Positions 9,276 through 18,775 of a stretch of DNA of 53,925 nucleotides are shown here, in pieces; the first letter of the stretch is position 1, and the number at the start of each line of letters is the position of its first letter. This DNA comes from Eubacteriales bacterium (GTDB lineage Bacteria > Bacillota > Clostridia > Christensenellales > UMGS416): the NCBI GenBank assembly GCA_028693155.1, contig JAQUVY010000002.1, positions 1 through 53,925 of the forward strand, given 5' to 3'. Below the pieces are notes generated by a model, which saw only the letters and a program-made list of their open reading frames with translations, did not search any database and was not told where the DNA came from. Both the position numbers and the translations under genes were made by a program.

Positions 9276-10544
9276 ATGTTTGTAGATGTAGCAAAAATTA
9301 CGATCAAATCGGGAAACGGCGGCGATGGCGCCGGCTCTTTCCGCAGAGAAAAATATGTGCCCCGCGGCGGCCCGGACGGCGGCGACGGCGGTCGGGGCGG
9401 AGACATTGTTTTTCAGACCGATCCGGGAATGCACACGCTGCTGGATTTCCGTTATCACCGCAAATACGAGGCGCAGAACGGCGAGCCCGGTTCGGGACGG
9501 CTGCGTCAGGGCAAGGCAGGCTCGTCGCTTACCGTAAAAGTGCCGGTGGGCACCGTCCTGCGCGATGCGGACACGGGTGCGATGATCGCCGACCTGAATG
9601 TGCCCGGGGAGAACCGGGTCATCCTGCGGGGCGGCCGGGGCGGCTGGGGAAACGTGCACTACGCCACGCCTACCCGCCAGGCACCCAGCTTTTCGCAGCC
9701 CGGGCAAAAAACCAAGTCCTATGATGTATATCTGGAGCTGAAATCCATCGCCGATGTAGGGCTGGTGGGCTTCCCCAACGTGGGAAAATCCACCATATTG
9801 TCCATGGTGACCGCCGCGCGGCCAAAAATCGCCAACTACCACTTTACCACGCTGACTCCCAATCTGGGCGTGGCGCAGATGGACGGCATGGCCTTTCACA
9901 TCGCCGACATTCCCGGGCTGATCGAGAATGCCCATGAGGGGGCCGGTCTGGGTCACGACTTCCTGCGCCATGTGGAGCGTACCCGTATGCTGGTGCATGT
10001 GGTGGACGTATCGGGCAGCGAGGGACGGGATCCGGTGGAGGATTTCGATCTGATCATGCAGGAGCTGAGCCAGTACTCGGAAAAGCTGGCCGAGCGTCCC
10101 CAGATTGTGGCAGCCAACAAAACGGACATTCCCGGCTGCGAGGAAAATCTGGAAAAGCTGACCGCTCACTGCAAGGAGCAGGGCATCGACGTGGTGCCCA
10201 TCTCGGCGGCGGCCAACCAGGGACTGCAAACGCTGATGCGCCAGGTGGTGCAGCTGCTGCGGCAGCTGCCGCAGGATGACGCGCCGCTGGAGGAGGAACG
10301 CCCCTTGGAATCTCTGGAAAAGGGCGACGAGTACCAGGTGGAGGTGCGCGACGGAACGTTTGTCGTCACCGGAACCTTCCCCGATCAGCTGCTGCGGGCG
10401 GTCAATCTGGAAGATCCCGCATCTATGCAGTATTTTGAAAAGCGCCTGTACGAATCCGGGCTGGTAGACGAGCTGCGCCGTTTGGGCGCACAACATGAAG
10501 ACACCGTCGATTTCGGCGGGATGGAATTTGAGTTCTGGGATTGA
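9276..10544 (+). CDS. obg: GTPase Obg/CgtA
   Basis: MFVDVAKITIKSGNGGDG... Gly-rich Obg fold. G1 motif GFPNVGKST, G3 motif DIPGLIE, and NKTD. ATG at 9276 behind AAGGAA. Confidence 0.95.
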   Translation: MFVDVAKITIKSGNGGDGAGSFRREKYVPRGGPDGGDGGRGGDIVFQTDPGMHTLLDFRYHRKYEAQNGEPGSGRLRQGKAGSSLTVKVPVGTVLRDADTGAMIADLNVPGENRVILRGGRGGWGNVHYATPTRQAPSFSQPGQKTKSYDVYLELKSIADVGLVGFPNVGKSTILSMVTAARPKIANYHFTTLTPNLGVAQMDGMAFHIADIPGLIENAHEGAGLGHDFLRHVERTRMLVHVVDVSGSEGRDPVEDFDLIMQELSQYSEKLAERPQIVAANKTDIPGCEENLEKLTAHCKEQGIDVVPISAAANQGLQTLMRQVVQLLRQLPQDDAPLEEERPLESLEKGDEYQVEVRDGTFVVTGTFPDQLLRAVNLEDPASMQYFEKRLYESGLVDELRRLGAQHEDTVDFGGMEFEFWD

Positions 10545-10580
10545 TTCCCGCCTATTTACAGCCAAAGACAGGAGAATAAT

Positions 10581-10874
10581 ATGATTACCACCAAGCAACG
10601 CGCTTATCTGCGCAGCCTGACCAACAATCTGGACGCCATCTTTCAAATCGGCAAAGGCGGCCTCAACGACAACATGATCCGCCAGATCGACGAAGCGCTG
10701 GAGGCGCGGGAAGTGGTAAAGGTCACCGTTTTGCGCAGCGCGCCGATGGAGGCCTATGAGGCTTGCGACGCCATGGCGGACGCGACCCACGCGGACATTG
10801 TCAGCACCGTGGGCGGAAAGTTCGTGCTTTACCGCGAGTCCAAAACCAAGAAGCAGATCTATTTGCAGGACTGA
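10581..10874 (+). CDS. yhbY: YhbY-family (CRM domain) RNA-binding protein
   Basis: TTKQRAYLRSLTNNLDAIFQIGKGGL... Conserved position between obg and nadD. Confidence 0.85.
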   Translation: MITTKQRAYLRSLTNNLDAIFQIGKGGLNDNMIRQIDEALEAREVVKVTVLRSAPMEAYEACDAMADATHADIVSTVGGKFVLYRESKTKKQIYLQD

Positions 10875-11710
10875 TCCCGGCGGAACTGCCGGGCGGCGCT
10901 GAGCACGCCCAGCGTCAGGCACACGCCGCTGGCCGCGAGATACCACCCGGGAAAGGGCGTAAACGCGGCGGGGAGACCCAGCAGCAGCGCGGCAAAGCCG
11001 AAGCGCAGCGGCCGGCGCAGGCGGGAGAAAAAGCCGGAAAAGGGGCGGGCGCGCAGCCGCAGGGCGTGCGCGGCCTGCCAGTATTTTTCCAGCTGCTCTT
11101 CCTCGCCGCTCCAGCCCGATTCCCAGGCCTGATCGGCCAGCTCGTCCATGTCCAGAAGGTGGATCTCCACGTCCCGAACCGAGCCCAGCGCGGTTTGCGC
11201 GCTGTCGTCGGGGTGGGCAGTGGCGGCCAAAAACACCGTGCTGATGCTCTGGGCGCGCGCCTGATCGGCGCAGGCGAGAATATCATCGGCCGTGACCGGC
11301 CGGGAAATGTGCCGCCGAAGCGTACACAGCAGCACCGGCTGCCCCTCCAAAAACAGCGTGGGGCCGTCGTAGCGGCAGCCGTACTGGCTTTGCAGAATAT
11401 CCGAGGCAAAACGCCTCAGCTGATGATCGGGAGAGAATGCCATTTCGTCGGCGAACCACAGCCGGTGCGCCCAGCGCACCTCAGTGGCGCGGGCGCGGGC
11501 GCGCGCCGCGGCGCACAGCCGGGTGGCCGCGATGCCGCCCAGTACGGTGAGGCATCCGGCGATGGACAGTGCCAGGGCAAGGCGGCCCGTGCGGCGGTAA
11601 ACCCACAGCACAGCCAGGCAGCCCGGCACCAAAAGCAGCACGGCGAAGTCCACCCATCTGGCAGGCGTCATCCAGCGGCCTGCGCGGCGGGAAAGGGGCG
11701 GCTGATTCAT
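10859..11710 (-). CDS. membrane protein with a restriction-endonuclease-like (Mrr_cat-like) central domain
   Basis: ATG at 11710 behind GAGGTG. Two N-terminal and two C-terminal TM segments. The central segment LLCTLRRHISRPVTADDILACADQARAQSISTVFLAAT...IHLLDMDEL resembles Mrr_cat-type domains. The domain call is tentative. Confidence 0.55.
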   Translation of the reverse strand: MNQPPLSRRAGRWMTPARWVDFAVLLLVPGCLAVLWVYRRTGRLALALSIAGCLTVLGGIAATRLCAAARARARATEVRWAHRLWFADEMAFSPDHQLRRFASDILQSQYGCRYDGPTLFLEGQPVLLCTLRRHISRPVTADDILACADQARAQSISTVFLAATAHPDDSAQTALGSVRDVEIHLLDMDELADQAWESGWSGEEEQLEKYWQAAHALRLRARPFSGFFSRLRRPLRFGFAALLLGLPAAFTPFPGWYLAASGVCLTLGVLSAARQFRRDQSCK

Positions 11711-11797
11711 GAGAACACCTCGTTTGGAGTTTCCCCAAAAACTGGGGTTTGCTATTAGAATGACCCAAAACCGGGTATCTATTCCATGGGAGGAAGG

Positions 11798-12427
11798 ATG
11801 ATGCACAAGAGAACGTGGGGCATTTACGGCGGCAGCTTTGACCCGCCCCACCTGGCTCACCGCATGGTCGCCCGCCAGGCGCAGCGCACGCTGGCGCTGG
11901 AGCGCGTCATTTGGATCCCCTCGGGCACACCGCCCCACAAAAAAGGCCTCATGAGCGAGGCGGTTCATCGCCTGGCCATGACCCGGCTGCTGGTGCGGGA
12001 GGATGCGGACTTTTCCGTATCCGAAATGGAAGTGACACATGAGGGCGTGGATTACACGGCGGTCACGCTGCAACGGCTGACCGACGCATACCCCGAGGCG
12101 GAGTTGACCTTTATTTTGGGCGGCGATTCGCTGCTTTATCTGGACGAATGGTACGAATGGAAGAAGATTTGCGCGTTGGCGCGCATTGCGGCGGTGTACC
12201 GGCCGGGTGCCAGTATGGAGCAGTATGAACGCAAGGCCGACGCCCTGCGCCGCGCCGCCCAAGCGGAGATCGTTTTCATTCCCTGCCCGGGCATGGATAT
12301 TTCCTCCACCGACGTGCGGCGGCGCGCTGCTGCGGGGCAATCGCTGGCCGGGCTGGTGCCTGCGGAGGTAGAAGCGTATATTTACACACACCATCTGTAT
12401 GAAAAACAGGAGCGATATGGAAAATAG
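11798..12427 (+). CDS. nadD: nicotinate-nucleotide adenylyltransferase
   Basis: GIYGGSFDPPHLAHR (HxGH-type motif). The start is either ATG 11798 or 11801, behind GGAGGAAGG. Confidence 0.9.
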   Translation: MMHKRTWGIYGGSFDPPHLAHRMVARQAQRTLALERVIWIPSGTPPHKKGLMSEAVHRLAMTRLLVREDADFSVSEMEVTHEGVDYTAVTLQRLTDAYPEAELTFILGGDSLLYLDEWYEWKKICALARIAAVYRPGASMEQYERKADALRRAAQAEIVFIPCPGMDISSTDVRRRAAAGQSLAGLVPAEVEAYIYTHHLYEKQERYGK

Positions 12428-13073
12428 AGAGGCATATATCAAATACCTGACCCAATATCTGGACGAAAAACGCTTTCGCCACAGCCTGGGTGTGGAGCAG
12501 ACCGCGCGGGAACTGGCCGAGCGCTTTGGCGAGGACGCAGGACAGGCCGCATTGGCCGGCTTGCTGCATGACTGCGCCAAGAGCCGCAAATACACGCCCG
12601 AGCAAATGCGGGCGTTTGCCGCCCGGTCGCGCTTTCAGCTTTCGCAGGAGGACATCCGCCTCAGTCCCCATCTGCTGCACGCGCCCGCCGGCGAAACGGT
12701 GGCCCGGGAGACCCTGGGCATTGCCGATGACGCCGTGCTGGGTGCCATCTGCTGGCATACGGTGCCCAGCGACCATATGAGCAAGCTGGAAAAAATCGTG
12801 TCGCTGGCGGATATGATCGAGCCCAACCGGGAGTTCCCCGGGGTAAAGGCCATACGCCAGGCGGCGCAGCGCGATCTGGACGAGGCGTTTTTGCTGTCCA
12901 TGAAGCGCACCATCCTCCACCTGCTGGAGCACAACATGGTGGTGCATCCCTATACGCTGACGGCCTATAATCAGGGCGCTGTGAACGCGCCGCGGGTTCC
13001 CCAGCCGGCGGCAAAAAGAAGAAAAATCGCCGGAAACCCCCGGCATAAAGCCCATCAGAAAAAGGAGAGATGA
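12417..13073 (+). CDS. yqeK: HD-domain bis(5'-nucleosyl)-tetraphosphatase YqeK
   Basis: RFRHSLGVEQTA...LLHDCAK HD motif. ATG at 12417 behind AGGAG, overlapping the nadD stop. nadD-yqeK-rsfS synteny. Confidence 0.85.
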   Translation: MENREAYIKYLTQYLDEKRFRHSLGVEQTARELAERFGEDAGQAALAGLLHDCAKSRKYTPEQMRAFAARSRFQLSQEDIRLSPHLLHAPAGETVARETLGIADDAVLGAICWHTVPSDHMSKLEKIVSLADMIEPNREFPGVKAIRQAAQRDLDEAFLLSMKRTILHLLEHNMVVHPYTLTAYNQGAVNAPRVPQPAAKRRKIAGNPRHKAHQKKER

Positions 13074-13074
13074 T

Positions 13075-13440
13075 ATGGATAACAACGCGCGTGTTTTGGC
13101 AGACCGGATGGCAGAGGCGCTGGACGAGAAAAAGGGACGGGACATCGAGGTAATGGACATTGCCTCGCTGACCACCATCGCGGACGCCTTTGTGCTGTGC
13201 AGCGGGCGTACCCCCGTGCAGGTGCGGGCGCTGAGCGACGCAGTGGAGGAGAAGCTGGCCGAGCAGGGCGTTCGCCCCATCAACAAAGAGGGCTATACGG
13301 CGGGGCGCTGGATTGTGCTGGATTACGGCGCGGTGGTGGCGCACATCTTCCATCAGGAGGATCGGGAGTTCTACAATCTGGAGCGCTTGTGGCAGACCAG
13401 CCCCAAGGCCAACCCCTCCCCCCGGGCGGGCGAAAAGTAA
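13075..13440 (+). CDS. rsfS: ribosome silencing factor RsfS
   Basis: KKGRDIEVMDI...ADAFVLCSGRT...WIVLDYGAVVAHIF...REFYNLERLW. Confidence 0.9.
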   Translation: MDNNARVLADRMAEALDEKKGRDIEVMDIASLTTIADAFVLCSGRTPVQVRALSDAVEEKLAEQGVRPINKEGYTAGRWIVLDYGAVVAHIFHQEDREFYNLERLWQTSPKANPSPRAGEK

Positions 13441-13441
13441 C

Positions 13442-14425
13442 ATGGCCGGCGCTGGACTGCGCATCCTGACGCTGTATGATATTTTGCGCCGGGAGAGCGA
13501 TGGGGAGCACCCGGTCACGTTAAGTGCGCTGCGAAAGCTTTTGGAGCAGCAGGGCATAGAAGCCGAGGAACGCGCCGTGCGCCGGGACATGGAAACGCTG
13601 ACGGATTATGGTGTGGCGCTGGTGCATTCGGAAAAAAAGAACGAAGGCTATTTTTTGGTCAGCCGCACCTTTGGCGAGGTGGATGTGCAGATCCTCATCG
13701 ACGCGGTGCAGGCGGCGCGCTTTTTGCCGGCGGTGCGTTCCCGCGAGCTGGTGGGAAAGCTGATGGGTCTGGCCAGCCGCCATGCGCAGACTCGCCTGCG
13801 TCAGGAGATCTTTTTTGACCGGCGCGCCAAAAACGAAAACCCCCAGATTTACGATAGCATCGCCGTGCTGGGCGCCGCCATTCGGCGCAACCAGCGCGTG
13901 GCGTTTCATTATTTTGGTTATGACCTGCATAAAGCGCCGGTTTTGCGCCGCCAGGGCAAGGAATACGAAGTCAGTCCCTTTGGCATGGAGTGGAACGCGG
14001 ATGCCTATTATCTGGTGGCGCGGATGGACGCGCATGAGGGCTTTACCCATTTTCGCGTAGACCGGATGCAGGATGTGCGCCCGCTGGAGCAGGCGAGAAT
14101 GCCCCTGCCGGAGTGCTACGACGGCCGCCGCCTGGACATGGCGGACTACGCCAAACGCACCTTTTCCATGTTTGAAGGCGAAGAGGAATGGGTGGAGATC
14201 CAGTTTGACAATGCGCTGATGACCGCGGTGGTGGACAAACTGGGGCGCGACGTGATGACCATGCCGCAAAGCGACGGAACCTTTGTGCTGACCACCAAAC
14301 TGGTGGTGGGGCCGGGTTTGTTTGCCTGGCTTGCCCATTTTGGTGCGCAGGCGCAGATCAAAGCCCCGCCGGAAGCGCGCGCCCGCATGAAGGAACACCT
14401 CAGCGCCATGCTGCGGCAGTACTGA
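13442..14425 (+). CDS. WYL-domain transcriptional regulator (HTH-WYL-WCX architecture)
   Basis: N-terminal HTH (ILTLYDILRRESDGEHPVTLSALRKLL). WYL-like core (FGMEWNADAYYLVARMDAHEGFTHFRVDRM). ATG at 13442. Confidence 0.8.
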   Translation: MAGAGLRILTLYDILRRESDGEHPVTLSALRKLLEQQGIEAEERAVRRDMETLTDYGVALVHSEKKNEGYFLVSRTFGEVDVQILIDAVQAARFLPAVRSRELVGKLMGLASRHAQTRLRQEIFFDRRAKNENPQIYDSIAVLGAAIRRNQRVAFHYFGYDLHKAPVLRRQGKEYEVSPFGMEWNADAYYLVARMDAHEGFTHFRVDRMQDVRPLEQARMPLPECYDGRRLDMADYAKRTFSMFEGEEEWVEIQFDNALMTAVVDKLGRDVMTMPQSDGTFVLTTKLVVGPGLFAWLAHFGAQAQIKAPPEARARMKEHLSAMLRQY

Positions 14426-14447
14426 CCGTGGCAAAAGGAGCCGCTCT

Positions 14448-15200
14448 ATGAGAGACATTTCCCTGCACCCCGGCGAAAACGTCGATGATCTGATGTTTAA
14501 GGGTCTGCGGATCATTCAGAACCGCACGGGCTTTCGCTTTGGCATGGATGCGGTGCTGCTGGCGGGCTTTGCCCATGGCCGCGGTGCCCGCGTGCTGGAT
14601 CTGGGCACGGGTACCGGCGTGATTCCGCTGCTGATGGCCGGCGCGCAGCCCGCTTCCCGCTTTACCGCGCTGGAGATCCAGCCGGATATGGCCGATATGG
14701 CCCAGCGCTCGGTGGCGCTCAACGGCCTGGAGGAGCGCATCCGCGTGGTGTGCGGCGATCTGCTGCAGTATCGCCAGCTGTTGGAAAGAGAGCAGTACGA
14801 CACGGTGACCTGCAACCCGCCCTATACCCGCGCGGATGAAGGGAGCGCTTCCCAGCAGGAAAGCCAGGCGGTGGCGCGTCACGAGCAAAGCTGCACGCTG
14901 GAGGATGTGGCGCGCGCGGGCTACTATGCCCTGCGCTACGGCGGTCATATGGCGCTGATCATCCGCGCGCAGCGCACGGTGGATATTTTGGATACGCTGC
15001 GCCGGGAAAAATTGGAACCCAAGCGTGCCAGGTTGGTATGCCCCCGGCAGGGGGCGGTGCCCAACCTGCTGCTGGTGGAGGCGATCAAGCACGCCCGGCC
15101 GGGGCTGGCTTGGGAGGCGCCTCTCACCGTGAACGGACCCGACGGCACCTACACGCCGGAGATGCGCGCCATCTATCACATGGAGGACGAAAATGGCTGA
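14448..15200 (+). CDS. SAM-dependent methyltransferase, tRNA (adenine-N6) TrmN6/YfiC-like
   Basis: VLDLGTGTGVIPL SAM motif and TCNPPY catalytic motif. It sits upstream of rsmI, as yabB-rsmI does in Bacillus. Confidence 0.8.
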   Translation: MRDISLHPGENVDDLMFKGLRIIQNRTGFRFGMDAVLLAGFAHGRGARVLDLGTGTGVIPLLMAGAQPASRFTALEIQPDMADMAQRSVALNGLEERIRVVCGDLLQYRQLLEREQYDTVTCNPPYTRADEGSASQQESQAVARHEQSCTLEDVARAGYYALRYGGHMALIIRAQRTVDILDTLRREKLEPKRARLVCPRQGAVPNLLLVEAIKHARPGLAWEAPLTVNGPDGTYTPEMRAIYHMEDENG

Positions 15201-16041
15201 AGGGGCAACGCTTTATCTGGTGGGCACACCCATCGGAAATCTGGAGGATCTTACGCTGCGGGCCATCCGCATCCTGGGCGAGGTGGATGTCATCGCCGCC
15301 GAGGATACCCGGCGTACCCGGCAGCTGACCAATCATCTGGGGCTGGATAAGCCTCTTGTGAGTTATCACGAGCACAACAAAATGACCGCCGGCCCCAAGC
15401 TGGTGGAGCAGATGCTGGGTGGAGCGAGCGTGGCGCTTTGCAGCGACGCGGGTATGCCCGTGGTGTCCGACCCGGGCGCTGAGCTGGTGGCGCTGGCGGT
15501 GCAGGCCGGGGTAAGCGTTCAGGTGATCCCCGGCCCCTGCGCGGTTTCTTCGGCGCTGGCGCTGTCGGGCATGACCGGCGACGCCTACCTGTTTGCGGGC
15601 TTTTTGCCCCGGGAAAACACGCCCCGCAGGCAGCTGCTGGAGAACCTGAAGGATGAGGTGCGCACGCTGGTTTTTTACGAAGCGCCCCATCGCCTGGCGC
15701 AGACGCTGCGCGACCTGGCCGACGCGCTGGGCGAGGAGCGGGCGGCGGCCGTGTGCAACGACCTGACCAAGTTTTATGAAAAGGTGACGCGGGAAACGCT
15801 GGGTCAGGCGGCAAACCGAGCCGCGCAGGAAGAGCCCAAGGGAGAGTTTGTCATCGTGGTGCAGGGCGGGCAGCCGGTTCGCGCCGCTTTCGAGGGGCTG
15901 AGCGTACGGGAGCATCTGCTGCTGTACCTGCGCTCGGGCAGCAGCAAAAAGGAAGCGGTCAAACGGGTGGCGGCCGACCGCGGCGTGCCCAAAAATGAGA
16001 TCTATCGCCAAAGCATCGAACTGGACGAGGAGGAATCATGA
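15193..16041 (+). CDS. rsmI: 16S rRNA (cytidine1402-2'-O)-methyltransferase
   Basis: LYLVGTPIGNLEDLTLRAIRILGEVDVIAAEDTRRT, a tetrapyrrole-methylase-fold N-terminus. Confidence 0.9.
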   Translation: MAEGATLYLVGTPIGNLEDLTLRAIRILGEVDVIAAEDTRRTRQLTNHLGLDKPLVSYHEHNKMTAGPKLVEQMLGGASVALCSDAGMPVVSDPGAELVALAVQAGVSVQVIPGPCAVSSALALSGMTGDAYLFAGFLPRENTPRRQLLENLKDEVRTLVFYEAPHRLAQTLRDLADALGEERAAAVCNDLTKFYEKVTRETLGQAANRAAQEEPKGEFVIVVQGGQPVRAAFEGLSVREHLLLYLRSGSSKKEAVKRVAADRGVPKNEIYRQSIELDEEES

Positions 16042-17267
16042 GAAAACGCGCAAAAGGCGCGGCGGCGCTGTGCCTGGTGATGGCGGCGCTGCTGCTGATG
16101 AGCGCCTGCAAGGGCGCTGCGCCCGCCAAGGAGGAGGAGTCGGCGCTGGCAAAAACGGTGTCGCAGAACAGCTTCGATACGGATAACCTGGACGCCTTTT
16201 CCTGGGCGCTGCTGCGCAGCTTGCCCGCAAGCGAGGGGAACGTGGCCATCAGCCCGGTGGAAACGGCCACCATGCTGGCCATGATGCAGGTTGGCGCGGC
16301 CGATGGCATTGATGCGCAGATCTCCGCCCTTTTAGGGGCGCAGGAGGTCAGCCCCAAGCGGGTGAACGAGTATACGCTGCAGCGGCGTAAGCTCATCACC
16401 TCCTGGTCGGCCAGCCCTGCCGCCGTCAAGCTGGAAATGATGGTGGGGGAAAACCAGCCGGTGCCGGAGGCCTACCTGAGCACCCTGCGCAGCGATCTGG
16501 AGCTGGAAGCCCGGTTTCAGGCCGTGAGCAGCACCCAGGCCAACAGCACATTTTCCGCCTGGGCGGACGACGCCAGCATGGGTCTGGTGACGGGCGTGTC
16601 CTGGGAGCTGCCCGCCGCTGCCATGCCGTACATCCTCAGCCTGCAATATATCCAAAACTACTGGCAAACCGCGCAGGACCCGGCGCGCACCGTGCCGGTG
16701 GCTTTTACTTATGCCAGCGGGGACACGTCAGCGGTGCCCATGGTGGCCATTGCCCAGAACTGCGGCATTTATCACGACACCGACGGAGCGATGGGCATTT
16801 TGCCGCTCACCGATGACAATTACCGCCTGGTGCTGATGATGCCCGGGGAGGATATGACACTGGATCAGCTGCTGGAAAATGTGGTGGAATGCCACACCCG
16901 CTGGAGGAAGGACGCGGATTGGGGCGAACAGCGCGTGGCGCTGCCTAAGTTTTCCGCGCGTTACGACGCCAGCCTGAAGGAGAGCCTGAATATCCTGGGC
17001 GTGCGCGACGCCTTCCGCATGGAAAGCGGCCTGCCCCAGCTGGGCAGCGGCGCTTACCTGGCCGATGCCCTGGTGAGCAGCACCTTTGTGGTGGATGAAA
17101 GCGGCACGGCCGAGGCCAAGGAAACCAAGCCCTTCCGCCCCGGCATGGACGACGGCGTGGAAACGCTGATCCTCAACAAGCCGTTCCTTTTTGCGCTGGA
17201 GGATACCAAGACCGGCACCATCGTTATGTGCGGCATTGTGCGCGACCCCATGGCCACGCTGAAATAA
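16038..17267 (+). CDS. serpin-family protease inhibitor, lipoprotein
   Basis: Lipobox LLMSAC. Serpin C-terminal signature: FVVDESGTAEA (hinge/RCL) ... NKPFLFALEDTKTGTIVMCGIVRDP. Confidence 0.8.
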   Translation: MRKRAKGAAALCLVMAALLLMSACKGAAPAKEEESALAKTVSQNSFDTDNLDAFSWALLRSLPASEGNVAISPVETATMLAMMQVGAADGIDAQISALLGAQEVSPKRVNEYTLQRRKLITSWSASPAAVKLEMMVGENQPVPEAYLSTLRSDLELEARFQAVSSTQANSTFSAWADDASMGLVTGVSWELPAAAMPYILSLQYIQNYWQTAQDPARTVPVAFTYASGDTSAVPMVAIAQNCGIYHDTDGAMGILPLTDDNYRLVLMMPGEDMTLDQLLENVVECHTRWRKDADWGEQRVALPKFSARYDASLKESLNILGVRDAFRMESGLPQLGSGAYLADALVSSTFVVDESGTAEAKETKPFRPGMDDGVETLILNKPFLFALEDTKTGTIVMCGIVRDPMATLK

Positions 17268-17307
17268 AACCATACGCTTTTTGCGACAAACGGAGAGGAC
17301 ACGCGAT

Positions 17308-18327
17308 ATGGAATATACGGATTATATGGTAAGTAAAGTATGCCAACTGTGCGCCATTCCCAGCCCCACGGGCTTTACCCGCCGGGCGGAGGAGGCGCTG
17401 ATGGACGAGCTGCGCGCGCTGGGCTATGAGCCCCGGCAAAGCCACAAGGGCAACGTGCTGTGCTGCCTGGGCGGCGAGGGCGAGGGGCTGCTGCTCAGCG
17501 CCCACACCGATACGCTGGGGCTGATGGTGCGTTCGGTCAAGGAAAACGGGCGCATTCGCTACGAACCGCTCAACGGCTACACCAACACCGCTGCCATCAC
17601 CGAGAACGTCACCGTGCACACCCGCGCCGGCAAGACCGTGGGCGGCGTGATTCAGTGCACCAAGCCTTCGGTGCACGTTTGGGGCAGCGCGGATAAGATG
17701 GATCTGGAGGGCAACATGGAGATCCTGCTGGATGAACCGGTGCACAGCCGGGAGGATGTGCGTGCGCTGGGCATCGAGGTGGGCGACTATATCTCCTACG
17801 ATCCGCGCACCGTCGTCACTCCGGGCGGGTACATCAAAAGCCGCCATCTGGACGACAAGGCGGGCTGCGCCATTTTGCTGGCGCTGGCCAAGTGGGTGCA
17901 GGAAACAGGCGCCGCGCTGAAAAGCAAGACCTATCTGATGTTTACCGTGCACGAAGAGGTGGGGCACGGCGGCTCCGCCGGCATTCCCGAGGGCGTGGTC
18001 GAGGCCGTGGCGGTGGATATGGGCGCGGTGGGCGATGACCTGGGCTGCGATGAGCAGAAGGTCTCCATTTGCGCAAAGGATTCCCATGGGCCTTATCATT
18101 ACGGCGTGACCGGCAGGCTGATTGAAGCCGCCAAGGAAGCACGGGCACCCTACGCCGTGGATATTTATCCCAAGTACGGCTCGGATGTGGAGGCCAGTTT
18201 GTCGGCGGGCTACGACATTCGCCACGGCCTCATCGGCCCGGGCGTGTACGCGTCGCACGGCTATGAACGCACGCATATGGACGCGCTCAACGCCGCGCTG
18301 GGGCTTTTGCAGAAGTTTGTTGTGTGA
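17308..18327 (+). CDS. M42-family metallo-aminopeptidase (FrvX-like)
   Basis: LLLSAHTDTLGLMV, SRHLDDKAGC and FTVHEEVGHGG metal-ligand motifs. ATG at 17308 behind GGAGAGGA. Confidence 0.85.
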   Translation: MEYTDYMVSKVCQLCAIPSPTGFTRRAEEALMDELRALGYEPRQSHKGNVLCCLGGEGEGLLLSAHTDTLGLMVRSVKENGRIRYEPLNGYTNTAAITENVTVHTRAGKTVGGVIQCTKPSVHVWGSADKMDLEGNMEILLDEPVHSREDVRALGIEVGDYISYDPRTVVTPGGYIKSRHLDDKAGCAILLALAKWVQETGAALKSKTYLMFTVHEEVGHGGSAGIPEGVVEAVAVDMGAVGDDLGCDEQKVSICAKDSHGPYHYGVTGRLIEAAKEARAPYAVDIYPKYGSDVEASLSAGYDIRHGLIGPGVYASHGYERTHMDALNAALGLLQKFVV

Positions 18328-18365
18328 AAAAAACGCGGGAGAAAAACTTTTCGTGGAAATAATGG

Positions 18366-18394
18366 TTGACGAATGCACAACACTTGTTTATAAT
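18366..18394 (+). promoter_or_regulatory. sigma-A promoter of rpmE
   Basis: TTGACG, 17 nt, TATAAT. A ~110-nt leader follows. Confidence 0.6.
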
Positions 18395-18503
18395 AACACT
18401 TGCGCTTTTGCGCGCTGAGTGTGTCAAAAATGAGCGCCCCATATGGGGAAGCGCCAAAACAGCATTTGCGCTGACGCGCATGGGAAAAGGCAGGTGAAAT
18501 GTC

Positions 18504-18701
18504 ATGAAAAAGGATATTCATCCGGGGTATAAGAAGTGCATCGCGACTTGCGCTTGCGGCGAGACCTTCGAAACGCTGTCGATGAACGACACCATCCGTG
18601 TTGAAATCTGCTCCAAGTGCCACCCGTTCTTCACGGGCAAGCAGAAGCTGGTGGATACCGGCGGCCGTGTGGATCGCTTCAAGAAGCGTTATGGCCTGTA
18701 A
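18504..18701 (+). CDS. rpmE: 50S ribosomal protein L31 (Zn-ribbon type)
   Basis: [11 protein letters not shown]...CACGE...[13 protein letters not shown]. Confidence 0.95.
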   Translation: MKKDIHPGYKKCIATCACGETFETLSMNDTIRVEICSKCHPFFTGKQKLVDTGGRVDRFKKRYGL

Positions 18702-18723
18702 AAACAGGATATCGGCATAAAAT

Positions 18724-18757
18724 GCAGAACGGGGTATATCTCTGTTCTGCTTTTTAT
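18724..18757 (+). terminator. intrinsic terminator after rpmE
   Basis: GCAGAAC-loop-GTTCTGC + TTTTTATTAT. Confidence 0.7.
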
Positions 18758-18775
18758 TATCGGAAAGGAAATACC

